Shown piece by piece: positions 1 through 11,980 of a stretch of 64,000 nucleotides of DNA; positions within the stretch are counted from its first letter, which is position 1, and every line of letters starts with the position of its first letter. The stretch lies in NCBI RefSeq assembly GCF_018977255.1, contig NW_024704742.1, forward strand, positions 118,422,001 through 118,486,000, given 5' to 3'. Position numbers and translations under genes: made by a program. The notes beneath the pieces were generated by a model, which saw only the letters and a list, made by a program, of their open reading frames with translations, made no database searches and was not told the origin of the DNA. The DNA is from Callorhinchus milii. Its lineage: Eukaryota.

Positions 1-694
1 AAACACCAGGAAGTATTTATTTAAGAGGAAATCAACAGTTGTTTTCCATGTGCTAATTGTCTTCCACCTTCAGCTTAGCTACTCTTTTCAGTCAATAAAC
101 TTTTAGCATTTATTTGTATCAAGATTTTGGTTTTCCAGCAATTATTGTACCTTACTCTTCCAGATTAGAAAATGTTGTTAGAGACAATGAACTTCATTAG
201 AACTTCAGAGTTCTCAAAAGCATTAATTCATTTTATTATTTTAAATGAAATGTTGATGATATTTCTTTAACATCCAGATTTGTTTAATTTTTCTTTATAA
301 ACCCTATACGACATTCAACACCAGTTTAAAAAACTGCATCTTTAAAAACTAAAAAAAAGGGTCTATGTACAGAGATGTGTTTCAGTTCTTTAAACATTCA
401 TGTCATATTTTAAGCACTTTGAGACATCCTCCTGTCATGAATGGTACTATATAAATATAAATTGTAATGTATAGACATTCAAGCGGGTTTGGAACATGAT
501 ACTGAATCATATCATATCAGTTAGGTGGCGCAGAAATGTTCAAATCAGATTTATTCAGATAGTCTTATCTGTCTTAATTAGGTGCATTCTTCACAGCTGA
601 GTTCATAGAGGCACTAGAAAAGCAGTTCTCTAAGACAAACCGCTGGTTTTCTCTCCACAGAGTGTTTACACCGAGATGTTCAGTATTTCCTTAC

Positions 695-848
695 CTATAT
701 CCGGTTTTATCTCCAGGTTTGTAAAACCAATGTGGCTGCTCCCAGCCGGCATGGAATCCCATAGATGACTTGGACTTTAGGGTTTCATAAACCCCACTTA
801 TTCTTTCTGTTGGTCTTCCTCCAAATCGTTCCTCTTTGGGGTATCCAA
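695..848 (-). CDS. DMGDH: Dimethylglycine dehydrogenase exon 9 (gene continues beyond the left edge)
   Basis: ttag acceptor; [51 protein letters not shown]; gtaagg donor; 154 nt; exons 1-9 splice into one open frame of 1550 nt. Confidence 0.96.
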
Positions 849-1749
849 CTAAGCGGGGAGGATAGAGATGCATAACTTTCTGTAACTTTTGTAAATCTTA
901 ACCATTGCTAAGCCTATTATTCACTATCTTCTATTCTTTTCTTAAATGGTTTGCCATTACATTCTATAATCCTTCTTTAACTGATCTTATTCAGTTGTTC
1001 ACTAAAATGACTTGTTCGCACTCTCCTCTGCTTTATTGACCTGTCTTCTAATATTGCCTTTCTTGACCCTTGAACAAACTTCCAAATTCCCACCATCTAT
1101 TTCCAGTGCCCACAGTGTTATCATTGTATAATAGTACAGGCTGGTAGGAATTTCATACCACATTCACAATCCGAAGTTGTAAAATTTTCTAACATCCAGC
1201 TAGGTGGGTGGAGACACCTCAGTCAAGGGCTGAAATTCTAGTTGGCATTTCACATATTGATTGACAATATATTATAATGAGGAAATAGGTTAGAGCTCTG
1301 ATGGCTATATGTACTATCTAGTGTGAACCTGAGAAATATTTTCTGTGGGTGGTTGGGGGAAGAAAAGAAAGACATTTTACCAATCTGGGTCCCTCTTGCC
1401 TGTATCAATGTAGATAATTATAGTTTGTTTATAAGAATAATATTTGACTGTGTCTTGCAGTTAGAAACTCGCCAATCACTGCTACTAGAGAAGTTGACTT
1501 TGGGATTAGTCACAAAGCAGAATGCAGGATTTTATGCAACATCAACAATGATAACAATTTGCACTTATATAGCACTCTTCACCATGGATGGCATCTCGGA
1601 GCGCTTATGCAAGCTGTCATACATCCTGGTTAGGCACTACCGACACATGTATCAGTAACCAACCCCTGCACAACATTAAAGTAAAACATTAATTCAAATT
1701 TTTATTTTGATACTGCATAAACTTTTGAAATTGAGCTAAACCAGTAATC

Positions 1750-1951
1750 TGTGAAGTGATTTGGCAGGGACTTTTGTCCGATTTACCTGAGTGACTAGTG
1801 CGGCATTTTGCCTCGATTAACCGTATTTTCGTCCGAATTAACAGGCGTATTTAAAGCAGGTAAGAATACAAATGAATCGGGGCCAGGCATTTCATCTGAT
1901 TTACCCGGCATCTGGGGTTAACCAGCATCAGCTAAAGCAGATTCCACTGTA
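1750..1951 (-). mobile_element. Tc1/pogo (Tigger-like) DNA transposon end
   Basis: Ends attccactg-ta (TA plus CAGTGGAAT TIR start) with reiterated ccgatt(t/a)acc subterminal motifs. Confidence 0.5.
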
Positions 1952-2080
1952 TTGAAAACTTCAAACCAGCATTATTTACACTAATTATTTTCACTAATAA
2001 TATAGATGTCAGCAAAGTTAGCAGAATTTAAATCCGTATCTAACTAACCTTAATCCACTATTTAATCTAGCCCCTCTTAC

Positions 2081-2250
2081 CAATATTGTTGAACCCATAA
2101 GACTCTCTTGCTTTTTCTATTGTGTATTTGGTTGTCGTCCACTTCCCGTAGCGATTGGGATCCAGTTCAATTAGATCGAAAGCAGGTTCCCCATCCATGA
2201 TCCAGTCACTGAGGTACTTTCCAACACCACCAGCGTGAATAATTCCATAC
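2081..2250 (-). CDS. DMGDH: Dimethylglycine dehydrogenase exon 8
   Basis: ttcag acceptor; [39 protein letters not shown]...RESYGFNNI; gtaaga donor; 170 nt. Confidence 0.97.
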
Positions 2251-4755
2251 CTGAAAGCACACACATCGTTCCTTTAAGATTGAAACGAGCCTCAGTCAGA
2301 GTCGGTGGTCGATCTGAGAAGCTTAAGTGGAGTTATGGCTTTTTCCTTCCAGAGTCTCTCTGTGCCTTGCACCATCTCCAGCTCTGAGACACACACTGAG
2401 ATCCCTCCACATGGCTTTCTCTTTATTCAGTTCCCAGGAGGGGTGTAAAAGCTTTCCTGGGGGGGAGCCCTTTGGGACGATCTCCTGACGTGAAAGGTGC
2501 TATACCACTATAATCTTTTGTTGTTGCTCTCTGATATTTTTTCTTCCTGTGGGGAAGCTCACAACCTCCAATTTGTTTCACCCTTCCTCCAGAAGGTACT
2601 GACTCCTGTACAGTACAATTCAAAGGCCACCGGCCATTCTCTGGCGCCCTGTGACTTATGTTTGAGCCCAGGCAGTGAGTGTCGGCGAGGTATGTCGGCC
2701 ACGCTTTCAGCCACTACACCCTGAAACTCTGGAACACTTCCCCTTCCACCCTATCTTCAGGTCACACCGGAGTAAGACTCTGCCACTGTCAAGCGTTCTC
2801 AGACACTACCCTGCTTGAATGGTGCTGTATAAATGCAAGTTGTTGTTGTATGTAGCTATTTTTTCTGTACTAAAGGATTCCCACTTCACATTGCTTCACA
2901 GCTCCAAATTACTATGGACTTAACTTGAATTTCAAGGACCATAGCATTAGCTCCATGTTACATATGTAGAGCCTTCAGCCACTCTGCCCCCAACCTCTGG
3001 AATTCTATCCCCCAATCATTCCGCCTCGCCCCCTCCTTAGCCTCCTTCAAGTTCCACCTTAAGACCCTCCTCTTTGACCATGCCATCGGTCACCCCCCTT
3101 CCCTTCTCCTCCCTTCTCCCCCCCGACCCCTGCTCGGGTCTGAAATGCTGTACACTGTCCAGCGCCTTGGGACGTCCTCCCGACGTGAAAGGCGCTATAC
3201 AAATACTTCCAGGCAGGGTGAAACCTTGGGTAAGTTTCCTTACTCCACACGCCTAATAATAATCCCTCCAAAAAAAACAAAACAATAATAAATTGGTCAT
3301 TCTCAATCCATATGACTGTTTGTGGGACATTGCTGTGCGCAATTGGCTGCCGCGTTCGCCCACAAATATACAGTCAATTCACTTTACAGTGTGTTCTGTG
3401 AAGCGCTTTGGGACATCCTCCCGACGTGAAAAGCGCTATATCAAATGCAAGGATTATTATTATTATCTTGTTGTTGTATATGAAATCAGTCTGTTAATGC
3501 TCCAAAGCAATGAAGAGAATTGTCCGTAAAATCACAACCATTCTGATACTTTTACAACCATTTCTCTTCCCAACACCCATTACAACATAATTTTCCATTT
3601 CTTTGTCATCTCTAATTGTTTTTCTTTGCAATTTTAAGGTATCTTTGTAACTTTATTTATTTTGTGTGCACAAATCATTCATTCATTGTATTGTCCTGTA
3701 ACAAGAAAACAAGTAAGAATGCTTCATGAAAAAAGGGAAACAGTGAAATGGTTACAAAATTTTGATTGACAACGAATATGTTTTTCTCTTTCTTTTTCTC
3801 TCAGTTGTAGATGCACCCACCACACAGTCCTTCAGCACTTTGGCTTAAACAGGATCTGCCTTCAGAAAAAGTATTTCAACTATTTTGGAAATGGAGAGAA
3901 GGAATAGAGAAAGCAGTGGCACATGATTTGTGTCATTTCCCTCTCCGTGATAGCAAAATTCCAATCATGTAGGATTTAGGCTTATAAGACGTGTCTCCGA
4001 ACAGTTATTCATAGTTCCTGAATGTGCATAGAGAGGTTTCCTCCAGTCCATTTCTAAAGTGCAGGTCCACTTCACAACAGACACGTTTTTGCCAGAGCCC
4101 CTCACATAAGGACTTGGATTAAACAGTTATAATAAAAAATTAGAATCAAGGATACCTCAGTGTTGAATCTGCAAAGAGACTGTGTTTTCTATAAACATGA
4201 ATTTCTATAAAGATGGGTTTCTATAAACAACAACAACCTGCATTTATATAGCATTCTTCACACAAGGTAGTGTCCCAAAGCGCTTTAATTTATTAATTCT
4301 GCCTTTCTCTCCATTTACTGAGACGACAGGGATATGAATTTATCTCAATTTGTAAAGAATATCAACGTGCGCTAACTGGAATAGCTCTATTAGTATAAGA
4401 CTTGAGCCCATATCCAACTTCAACCGAGCAGGCTCAACGTCACTTAACAATTCTTCCATCTCGGTCATTCATTTCTCATCTTGGGTAACTGCTTCTGTCA
4501 CTGTCTATTGAGTCCTGATTTTGACAGTATTAGTTCCCTCTGAGATATTCATTTCTATGAGTAACTCATGCCACAAAACTATGGCAAAACTGCAGCCAGA
4601 GGTTGTATCAGAGCAGTTTCTGCTCCACTGGTTTGCAATGGAAGAATACTTTCCATTCATAAACTTTTGATTGCTTTGTCCCTATAAAAGGGAACAGAGG
4701 GTCGTTGTCTTACAAATGCATGTATTTGTGTTTATGTGTATGGGGGGAGGGGATT

Positions 4756-5312
4756 AGCCGGGTGTCTGACACACACAGAAACAATCACCATGCTTAAGAG
4801 TATCCAAACCAAACTGAGAATTCCATGTATACAAGGAAATTCAAGAGTTGTTTATTGTAACGGAATGCACTTTCTCCCTGGAGGGATGCATTCTTCTTAC
4901 CTAATTCTGGAGAGTATTAGGTGCAGGTTGGCAAGAGCCAAGGCTTGGGGACCTCAAATTGTACGCTGTGATATTGCTGGTGTTTAACCAGCTAAAATCG
5001 CACAGCATTTCACTGAAAGCACTGTCTGGCAAGCTTCCTGCTGCTTGTCCAGCTTCGACCATCTTACCCTTTAGGGCTTTGGCTTGCAGGGTTAACAGCA
5101 GCTGAGTGGGAAGAATTCCTGCTCCCCGTGGCCAGGCTGCATCTTCAAGTCCTACAGTTTAGCCAAGCTGGCTGCTGTGTCATCAGCAGTGCCTTGGAGT
5201 ACTGTAGTCCTACCATAAATTGAAACCACTGAAACGCCAAAGAGGGATTACTACATTCTAACATTCCATTGCCAAGCAAATACCTTGGAGCCAACTCAGT
5301 TCCAAGGAGACT
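4756..5312. repeat. Unclassified dispersed repeat, copy 1
   Basis: Colinear with 20226-20651 from agccgggtgtctgacaca to ccttggagcc..tccaaggaga. Confidence 0.8.
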
Positions 5313-5861
5313 CTCCACCTCAGCGAGACACATTGTGAAGGACTACATGCTCCTTGGCTACAAACAACAACATGGATCATGCATCAGAAAGATATAGAAA
5401 GGAAAGAATAACTGAGCTTTTTCAAAAAAGAATCGATATAAAATACCATATAAATACAATATAAAAATGCAACACAATATAAAAACATAGCTATATCTTC
5501 TAAATTTAAATGTATGGTGCCAACGGCAGTTTTTCCTTAAAATTACAAACAATGAATGAAGGTACAATTCTTCATTGCTTTGCATTGTTTCTCGTAATTT
5601 GAACAACAAATGAATTAATCTTAAACCATGAATGCATTGACAGAAGAATGAAAATCAATAATAATAATAATAATCCTTACAGTTGATATAGTGCCTTATC
5701 ATGTCGTTGAGACATCTCAAAGCGCTTCACAGAATATACTGTAAAGTGAATTCACTGTATATTTTGTGGCGAAACATGGCAGCCAATTGCACACAGCATC
5801 ATCACTGTGAGAAGCAGTAAAAGATACAATGGGTTGAATGTGAGTAGAAAAGTGTACTTAC

Positions 5862-6060
5862 GCAAAGCCAATAGCCACCCAATAGTTGCGGACTCCTTGA
5901 TGTGGCCCAAGCATAGGAAGAATATCTGGTGTGTATGTTATGGGGCCTGACACCACGTTAATGATGTCGGCTTCTTTCAGAACTGGAACCAAATCCATTG
6001 CAGCCTCAACATTATCCATGATTCTATCCAAATCTGATTCAAAAAGTTCTTTCCCAAATC
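5862..6060 (-). CDS. DMGDH: Dimethylglycine dehydrogenase exon 7
   Basis: tttcag acceptor; [15 protein letters not shown]...[28 protein letters not shown]; gtaagt donor; 199 nt. Confidence 0.97.
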
Positions 6061-6900
6061 CTGAAAAAGACACATCATTTATATAGTTTTCCCCCCTCAC
6101 ACAATGTATGAATCATATTACATATGAGATGAAAACAGCGGCAAAGGCAGAAAGGTTTAGTATTGCTTTGACCACACTTGCCCTCCTCAGCCCCTCAGCT
6201 CCCCACCCTCATAACCGGGGCCCAGGAGAACTGTCAAGTGCATTGGGATGTCCTCCTGACGTAAAAGGCACTATGTAAGTGTAAACTGTATTGTATTGTT
6301 AATAGCCCAAAAGGTTGAGAAGGCGGAGTGCACTGCTCCAGAGGCTGTGGATGGAAGCAACAATTGGGAAATAGATAGTTGGGAAGAAAGGGCATCAAGA
6401 AATAAGGAGGAAAGGTGACTAAAAGGTCTACTATTATCTAAGAAAATGGCAGAACACTCTTGATTAGGCAAATGCTCTATCCTGTTCCTATTTTCCTCTC
6501 TGCTAATAGAAACGCACAAAATGACCTCACTCGGGCTCTATTCTCTTACATTGGTGACTTAGCTATTTGTGGTACCATGTTCTCCTACAATATACATTAA
6601 CTATACTTCACAGTAAAATCTTGAATAGTGCTGAGAGGATTTGAAAAACATAATAAAGCGCAGTATCAAACACAAGGTTTTTTTTATTTTAAAAATGAAT
6701 TGTAGTTCCTTCACGTTGGTCTCATTTCTAATAAATTATACTGTAGAAATTTAAAAATAAATGTTTTTTGATTGACATCCAGAGATGCTGTACGAGTTTC
6801 TAGTTATTTATGTAGTGTTAAATAGGAAAAGGAACATGTCAATATTAACCAAATCACCAAACTGCTCTATGTTTTTATGTTGATTGTCCTCTATGTTTAC

Positions 6901-7149
6901 CTGGTGGAACGCCATCTGTTACCCAAGATTCCTGAATCTTCATCTTTTCCTGGTGCTCATAAGGCCCAAACAGCAGTCCATCGCGCTCCTGACGCAGGTA
7001 GTATGACCCATCCAGGTCACGGATGACAGGTATCTCTTGTTTCAAGGCTTTCACCTCTGGGATTGTTGATGTGATGATATATTGGTGGTGGACAGGGACA
7101 AGCGGGTGCTCAAGCCCAATCATCTTCCCAACTTCACAGGCCCAGAATC
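6901..7149 (-). CDS. DMGDH: Dimethylglycine dehydrogenase exon 6
   Basis: ctag acceptor; [24 protein letters not shown]...[16 protein letters not shown]...DGVPP; gtaaac donor; 249 nt. Confidence 0.97.
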
Positions 7150-7789
7150 CTAGAGCAAAAACAACAGGATAAGTGACCTTGTTCATCAGAAGAAACTGGA
7201 TAGAAGCACCTAGCGTCAACAACAACAAATTGCATTTAAATGGCTCCTTTGATGTCGGTAGTTCCAAGATTTGCACCCAAGCTGGGGGGAGGGGGGGTGG
7301 GGGGGAGGGGGGGTGAGGGTGGAATCAAGAGGGATAGACGGCAAGGGGGCGGGGGTAGGAGGATGACCGAGGGCTTGGTTAAAGAGGAAGGTCTTAAGAT
7401 GGGTCTTGAAGGAGAAAAGGGAGGGGGTGAGGCGAAGGGATGGAGTTCCAGAGAGTGGGGGCAGAAAGGCTGAAGGCCCGACCACTGATGGCGGGGATAT
7501 GGTGCAGACCAGTGCCCATTTAGCGGGGAGAACGGTCAGGTTAGTAAGATTTTAGCAGGTCGCGTAGGTAGGAAGGGCAAGACAATAGACGGTTTTAAAA
7601 GTGAGATTGAGAATCTTAAACTCAATCCTCTGGGGGATGGGAAGCCAGCATAGCCAGGTGTGGACATGGTTGATAGGCTCATGGAGCTTGATGCAGAGAG
7701 GACACATCATGTTATGTGCAGTTCTGCTACAGACTACATATATTGAACATAAAGTTCAATCACGCTATTGTTACAAATACACTATCAGA

Positions 7790-8190
7790 TGTCTGTCCAA
7801 CTCAGTTGGTAGCTCTCTCCCTCTGAGTCACAAGATTATGAGTTCATGCCCCATGTTGGGAATTTGAACTCATACAGTGTAGGCTGACACACCAGTATAA
7901 TGTTGGAGGAGTGCAACATTATTGGAGGTGCCATCTTTTGGATGAGACGATGAATCGATGTCCCATCTGCCTGGTCCAGTGGCATTAAAGAGCCCACGGC
8001 ACAATTTGAAAAGAGAGTTTCTTTCTCCTGATGTCCTGGCCAACAACACTGAGATAAAATAGGTCATTTGCATGTGGGACACTTTTATGCATAAAGTGTT
8101 CTCCTACAAATACACACTCACCCCACTTTACAGTAAATGCTTTGAGATGTTCTCTGCAAGTTACATTAAATGTAAGGATTATTATTATTA
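7790..8190 (+). mobile_element. Deu-domain SINE
   Basis: ctcagttggtagc head, ggtgccatcttttggatgagacg, gtcctggccaac, (att)n tail; related copies near 8490-8790(-), 10700-11095(-), 13730-13950(-), 23625-23870(-), 51440-51870(+), 53620-53920(+), 55400-55730(+), 58860-59200(-). Confidence 0.8.
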
Positions 8191-9899
8191 TATTGTATCA
8201 TTGGAGTTCTGTAGTTGTAAATTATTGTAAAATCAAAGCAAAATTATGTGTTCTCTTGTTTGAAAACCATAGAATGGAGTTGTTTTTTTTCTGGTGGATA
8301 AGCACAGGTTATTTGACCAGTAAATCCACCAACAACATGAAATATGTCTTTCCTTGCTTGATGGATTCAGACCTTTGAATAAGTGCACTAGGGGGTTTAG
8401 GACACAATCTTGCCCATCACCAGCAGACAAGAGAGAGTTCTCCCCAGCAGGAAGGCAAGACATGATATTAATAATAACAGTAATGACAACAGTCCTTGCA
8501 TTTAATATTGCCCTTATCACATTGTTGAGACGTCCCAAACTGCTTCACAGGATAAAGTACTCTACTGTAAACTACATTGACTGTTTATTTTGTAGGCGAA
8601 ACTCGGCAGGCAGTTTACGCACAGCAGTGTCCCACAGACGGGCATGGAGTGAGTGACCAATTTTATTATTGGGAGATTGTTGGCCAGGACACCAGGAGAA
8701 ACTCTATTCTTTTCGAATCGTGCCATGGAATCTTTAACATCCCCCTGAACAAGCAGACGAGACCTCGCTTTAACACGTCATCTGAAGGACGATATCCTTA
8801 TAACACCTTGTCATATCAAAACCCCTCAAAAGCAGTTTTCCGTGTACTGCAGTGTCTGTGCATTCGTAGGTGAACATTGCATCAAAGTAAATGTTTTGTC
8901 AAACTATCAATAAAAACCAATTTGAACTCATGGTTGGGTTTCTGTCTGACTGTGGAGAACACTCCTGCAGCCCTGTTTGAGAGGAAGAGGTCACTTTTTT
9001 AAAAAAACTCTGTGGTGCTTGATTCGCAGCAATATCTGACCTGATCTGTGCTGACTTTGTAGAAAATGAAAACTGCAAGAAGGCCACTAAATCTGATTAG
9101 CTTTGGCATTCATGTCAGCAAATAAGCATTTTACCTGGCGGGAACTATCAGCCTACTTTCAACTCTCTCAGGACTTGAACTTATCAAAAGAAAAACTGAA
9201 GACGAACCCTAAACTTTAGAAAAACAAGAGGGAGAAATAGGTTTTGAAAAGAATGTTTAAGTCAAACAATCTTTTTGGCAATTTTATCTCCTCCTCTGTT
9301 CCTCTCTTGAATTGCTTTGAAAGGCCCCAAAAAGTATCTATGTGAGGGGCTAACTAAATGCAAGTTGTAGTTGTATACAATATTAAATTACAAAAATACA
9401 AAATGGCATTTGTATAGCATCTTTCACTATCCCAAAGCACTGACTCTCCTCAGCTATGGGTCATTCCACAGACACCAGCAATCCTTGCACAAAATAACAC
9501 CACCAACAACTTGCATTTATATAGCGCCCTTCACATGGGGTGGCATCCCAGAGCCCTTGAATATATGTGATATGTTAAGATATGTTAAGATATATGTTAA
9601 GATATTAACATATCACATATAAAAATCATCAGAAAAAGTACTTCCCATTGTAAACTATGACCCATGTTTATATAACACCAACTTTTGAGACTTCAGCTCT
9701 GACCCGAGATCATCTCAAAGCTGAGTCAGTTCGGCATAAATGGGCTTCTTTTCCAGGATGTAATTTACATCGTAAGGTACTTTTTGACAGTGAGGTGCTA
9801 GTAATGTCACCACTTTCCTGAAGTGCTCTTTTTCAACCTCATTGCCACATTCAAGAGATATCCTCATAACAATTGCTTTCAGTTGCAATGACATGCAAT

Positions 9900-10680
9900 C
9901 TAGCACAGAAAAGTGGAGCTCTACTATAAAACAGTTGTGTGGCTCATTCATCACTGCCTTGGTCATCTTCAAAGCTTATGACAGGGTCTGATTCTGCAAT
10001 CTACAGAAGTCAAACTCTAAAGAAGTTATCATCTTACGATCGACCAAAATTATGTTCACTTTCTTATCCTTGGACACTTTGGGGCAATTTGGGGGATTCT
10101 CCACTTTCTCTACTCTGATTCTTCACATATGAATGATCAATTACACTTACAATCCAACCCAATGCACTCTTTCTCTAATGATTCCTTCAGCTCGTACTCT
10201 CATTGCATACAGCCTTCACCGCTCTCGCTGTGCAATAGATGAACCACAAAACTTGATCTCCTCTATGTTCAATGGGATGATAAAAGTTGTTTGTTTCAAT
10301 GACTCTCAATGAAGTCTAATCAACAGCTGCCACCTCTCACTTTCCATGGCGCCTCTCCTAATCCTTCTATTAACATTTTGGGCCTCACTATCTTCTATGG
10401 TCTCAATTAGAACTCTCATTGCTAATGTGGACTCAAAAAGCTGTTTCCTCTTAACTGAAAATGATTTATTTAATCCTTAAGAAATCCTAACTATCTATGA
10501 AATTAGTTAAATGGTTCAATACTGCTTCTGTATAGCGTCAGTTTTTTTTAAGCACTTCTTACATTCCAGCACAACAGGACTAGAAAAAAAGGTTTGCCAT
10601 TTGTTAGGTTACCTTTCCCTCACCTTCAGCCTCTATCTTCTTCCTATGCCATAACCTTTCCTGTGTCTCCTGTATTTTAT
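9900..10680 (+). mobile_element. Ancient non-LTR retrotransposon RT remnant
   Basis: ALVIFKAYDRV (compare ALDISKAFDRVWH) near 9956 and INILGLTI..LN near 10368; heavily decayed. Confidence 0.4.
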
Positions 10681-11669
10681 CATGAGACTATGATCACATT
10701 GGAAGAACATCACAAAGTGCTTCACAAGAGTTACTGTAAAGTGAAATGACTGGATATTTTGTAGGTCAATGCAGCAGCTAATTTGCAAACAGCAATATCC
10801 CACAAACAGCTATGAAGTGAATGAGGAATTTTGTCTTGGGGAATTTTTGGGCAGGAAACTAGGAGAAATTCCTTTTTCTTTGCGAGTGCTATGGAATCTT
10901 TAACATCCAACTGAACACACACAGTCGGGACTTTGGTTTAATGTCTCGTCTGAAACATGCACGTCCGACGTAGCAGTACTCCCCAGCACTGCAAAGGAGT
11001 GACAGCCAAGATTGTGAGTTCAAACTCGCAATGTTGGGTTTGAACCCACAATCTTCTGATTGAGGTGAGGGTGCACCCAACTAAACCAGGCTGACACCTA
11101 TATGTACAAATATGTACAATTTATTTAATAAAAATGTTGGATGTATATTTACCTCTACATAATGGAAGCTTTAACCGTAATCAGCAATGGTATCCATCAA
11201 ACTTTTGTTACTTGTTGTTTCACTTTATTTTAACTATAGAGGATAGTTTGATAGAATTATATCTTCACCTTCAAACAAACAAGCAGAAATTCATGTTTGT
11301 TACAATCCTGCAACAACCAAGACTTGTTTCTATTCCGATGTTGTCAACACTTTCTCTATCAGTTCATTTCAACCCTAACAAACAGCCTTACCCAAGTGTA
11401 CAGAATATACCGACTAAGTATTGGGTCTAAAATGTGGGTAGGACTAATATCCCATGTGATAAACACTGTTGAAACGCATACATGCTCCCTTAATTGAGCA
11501 ATAAACTAATAATGAAAAGGAAATTATTCTGTATCCCCTTTCATTGATTAATTACAAAATTAGGACCTGGATTTTAGACCCCAGCATATGTGTTTGTGAT
11601 GTGAACCTAATCTCAACCAACTGTTAAAATATAATTCGAAATTATGCAGATTTCTACAAAGTAATAAGA

Positions 11670-11980
11670 ATAATAATCTTTGCATTTGAAATAGCGCTTT
11701 TCATGTCTTCTAGACGTCTCAAAGCACTTCACAGAATAGACTATAATGTGAATTGACTGTATATATGTGGGCGAAACGTGGCAGCCAATTGGGCACAGCA
11801 GTGTCCCACAAACAGCCGTGGATTGAAGTGACCAATTTATTATTGTATTTTTTTCTTGAGGGATTACTATCAGGCATGTGGAGTAAGGAAACTTGCCCAA
11901 GGTTTCACCCTGCTGGGAATTGAACCCAGGTCTCTCGCTTGCAAAACGAGTGCTCTAACCACTGAGCTACAGGACTCCAC
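11670..11980 (-). mobile_element. tRNA-Ala-derived SINE, full length
   Basis: Same head and tail as 29148-29465. Confidence 0.9.
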
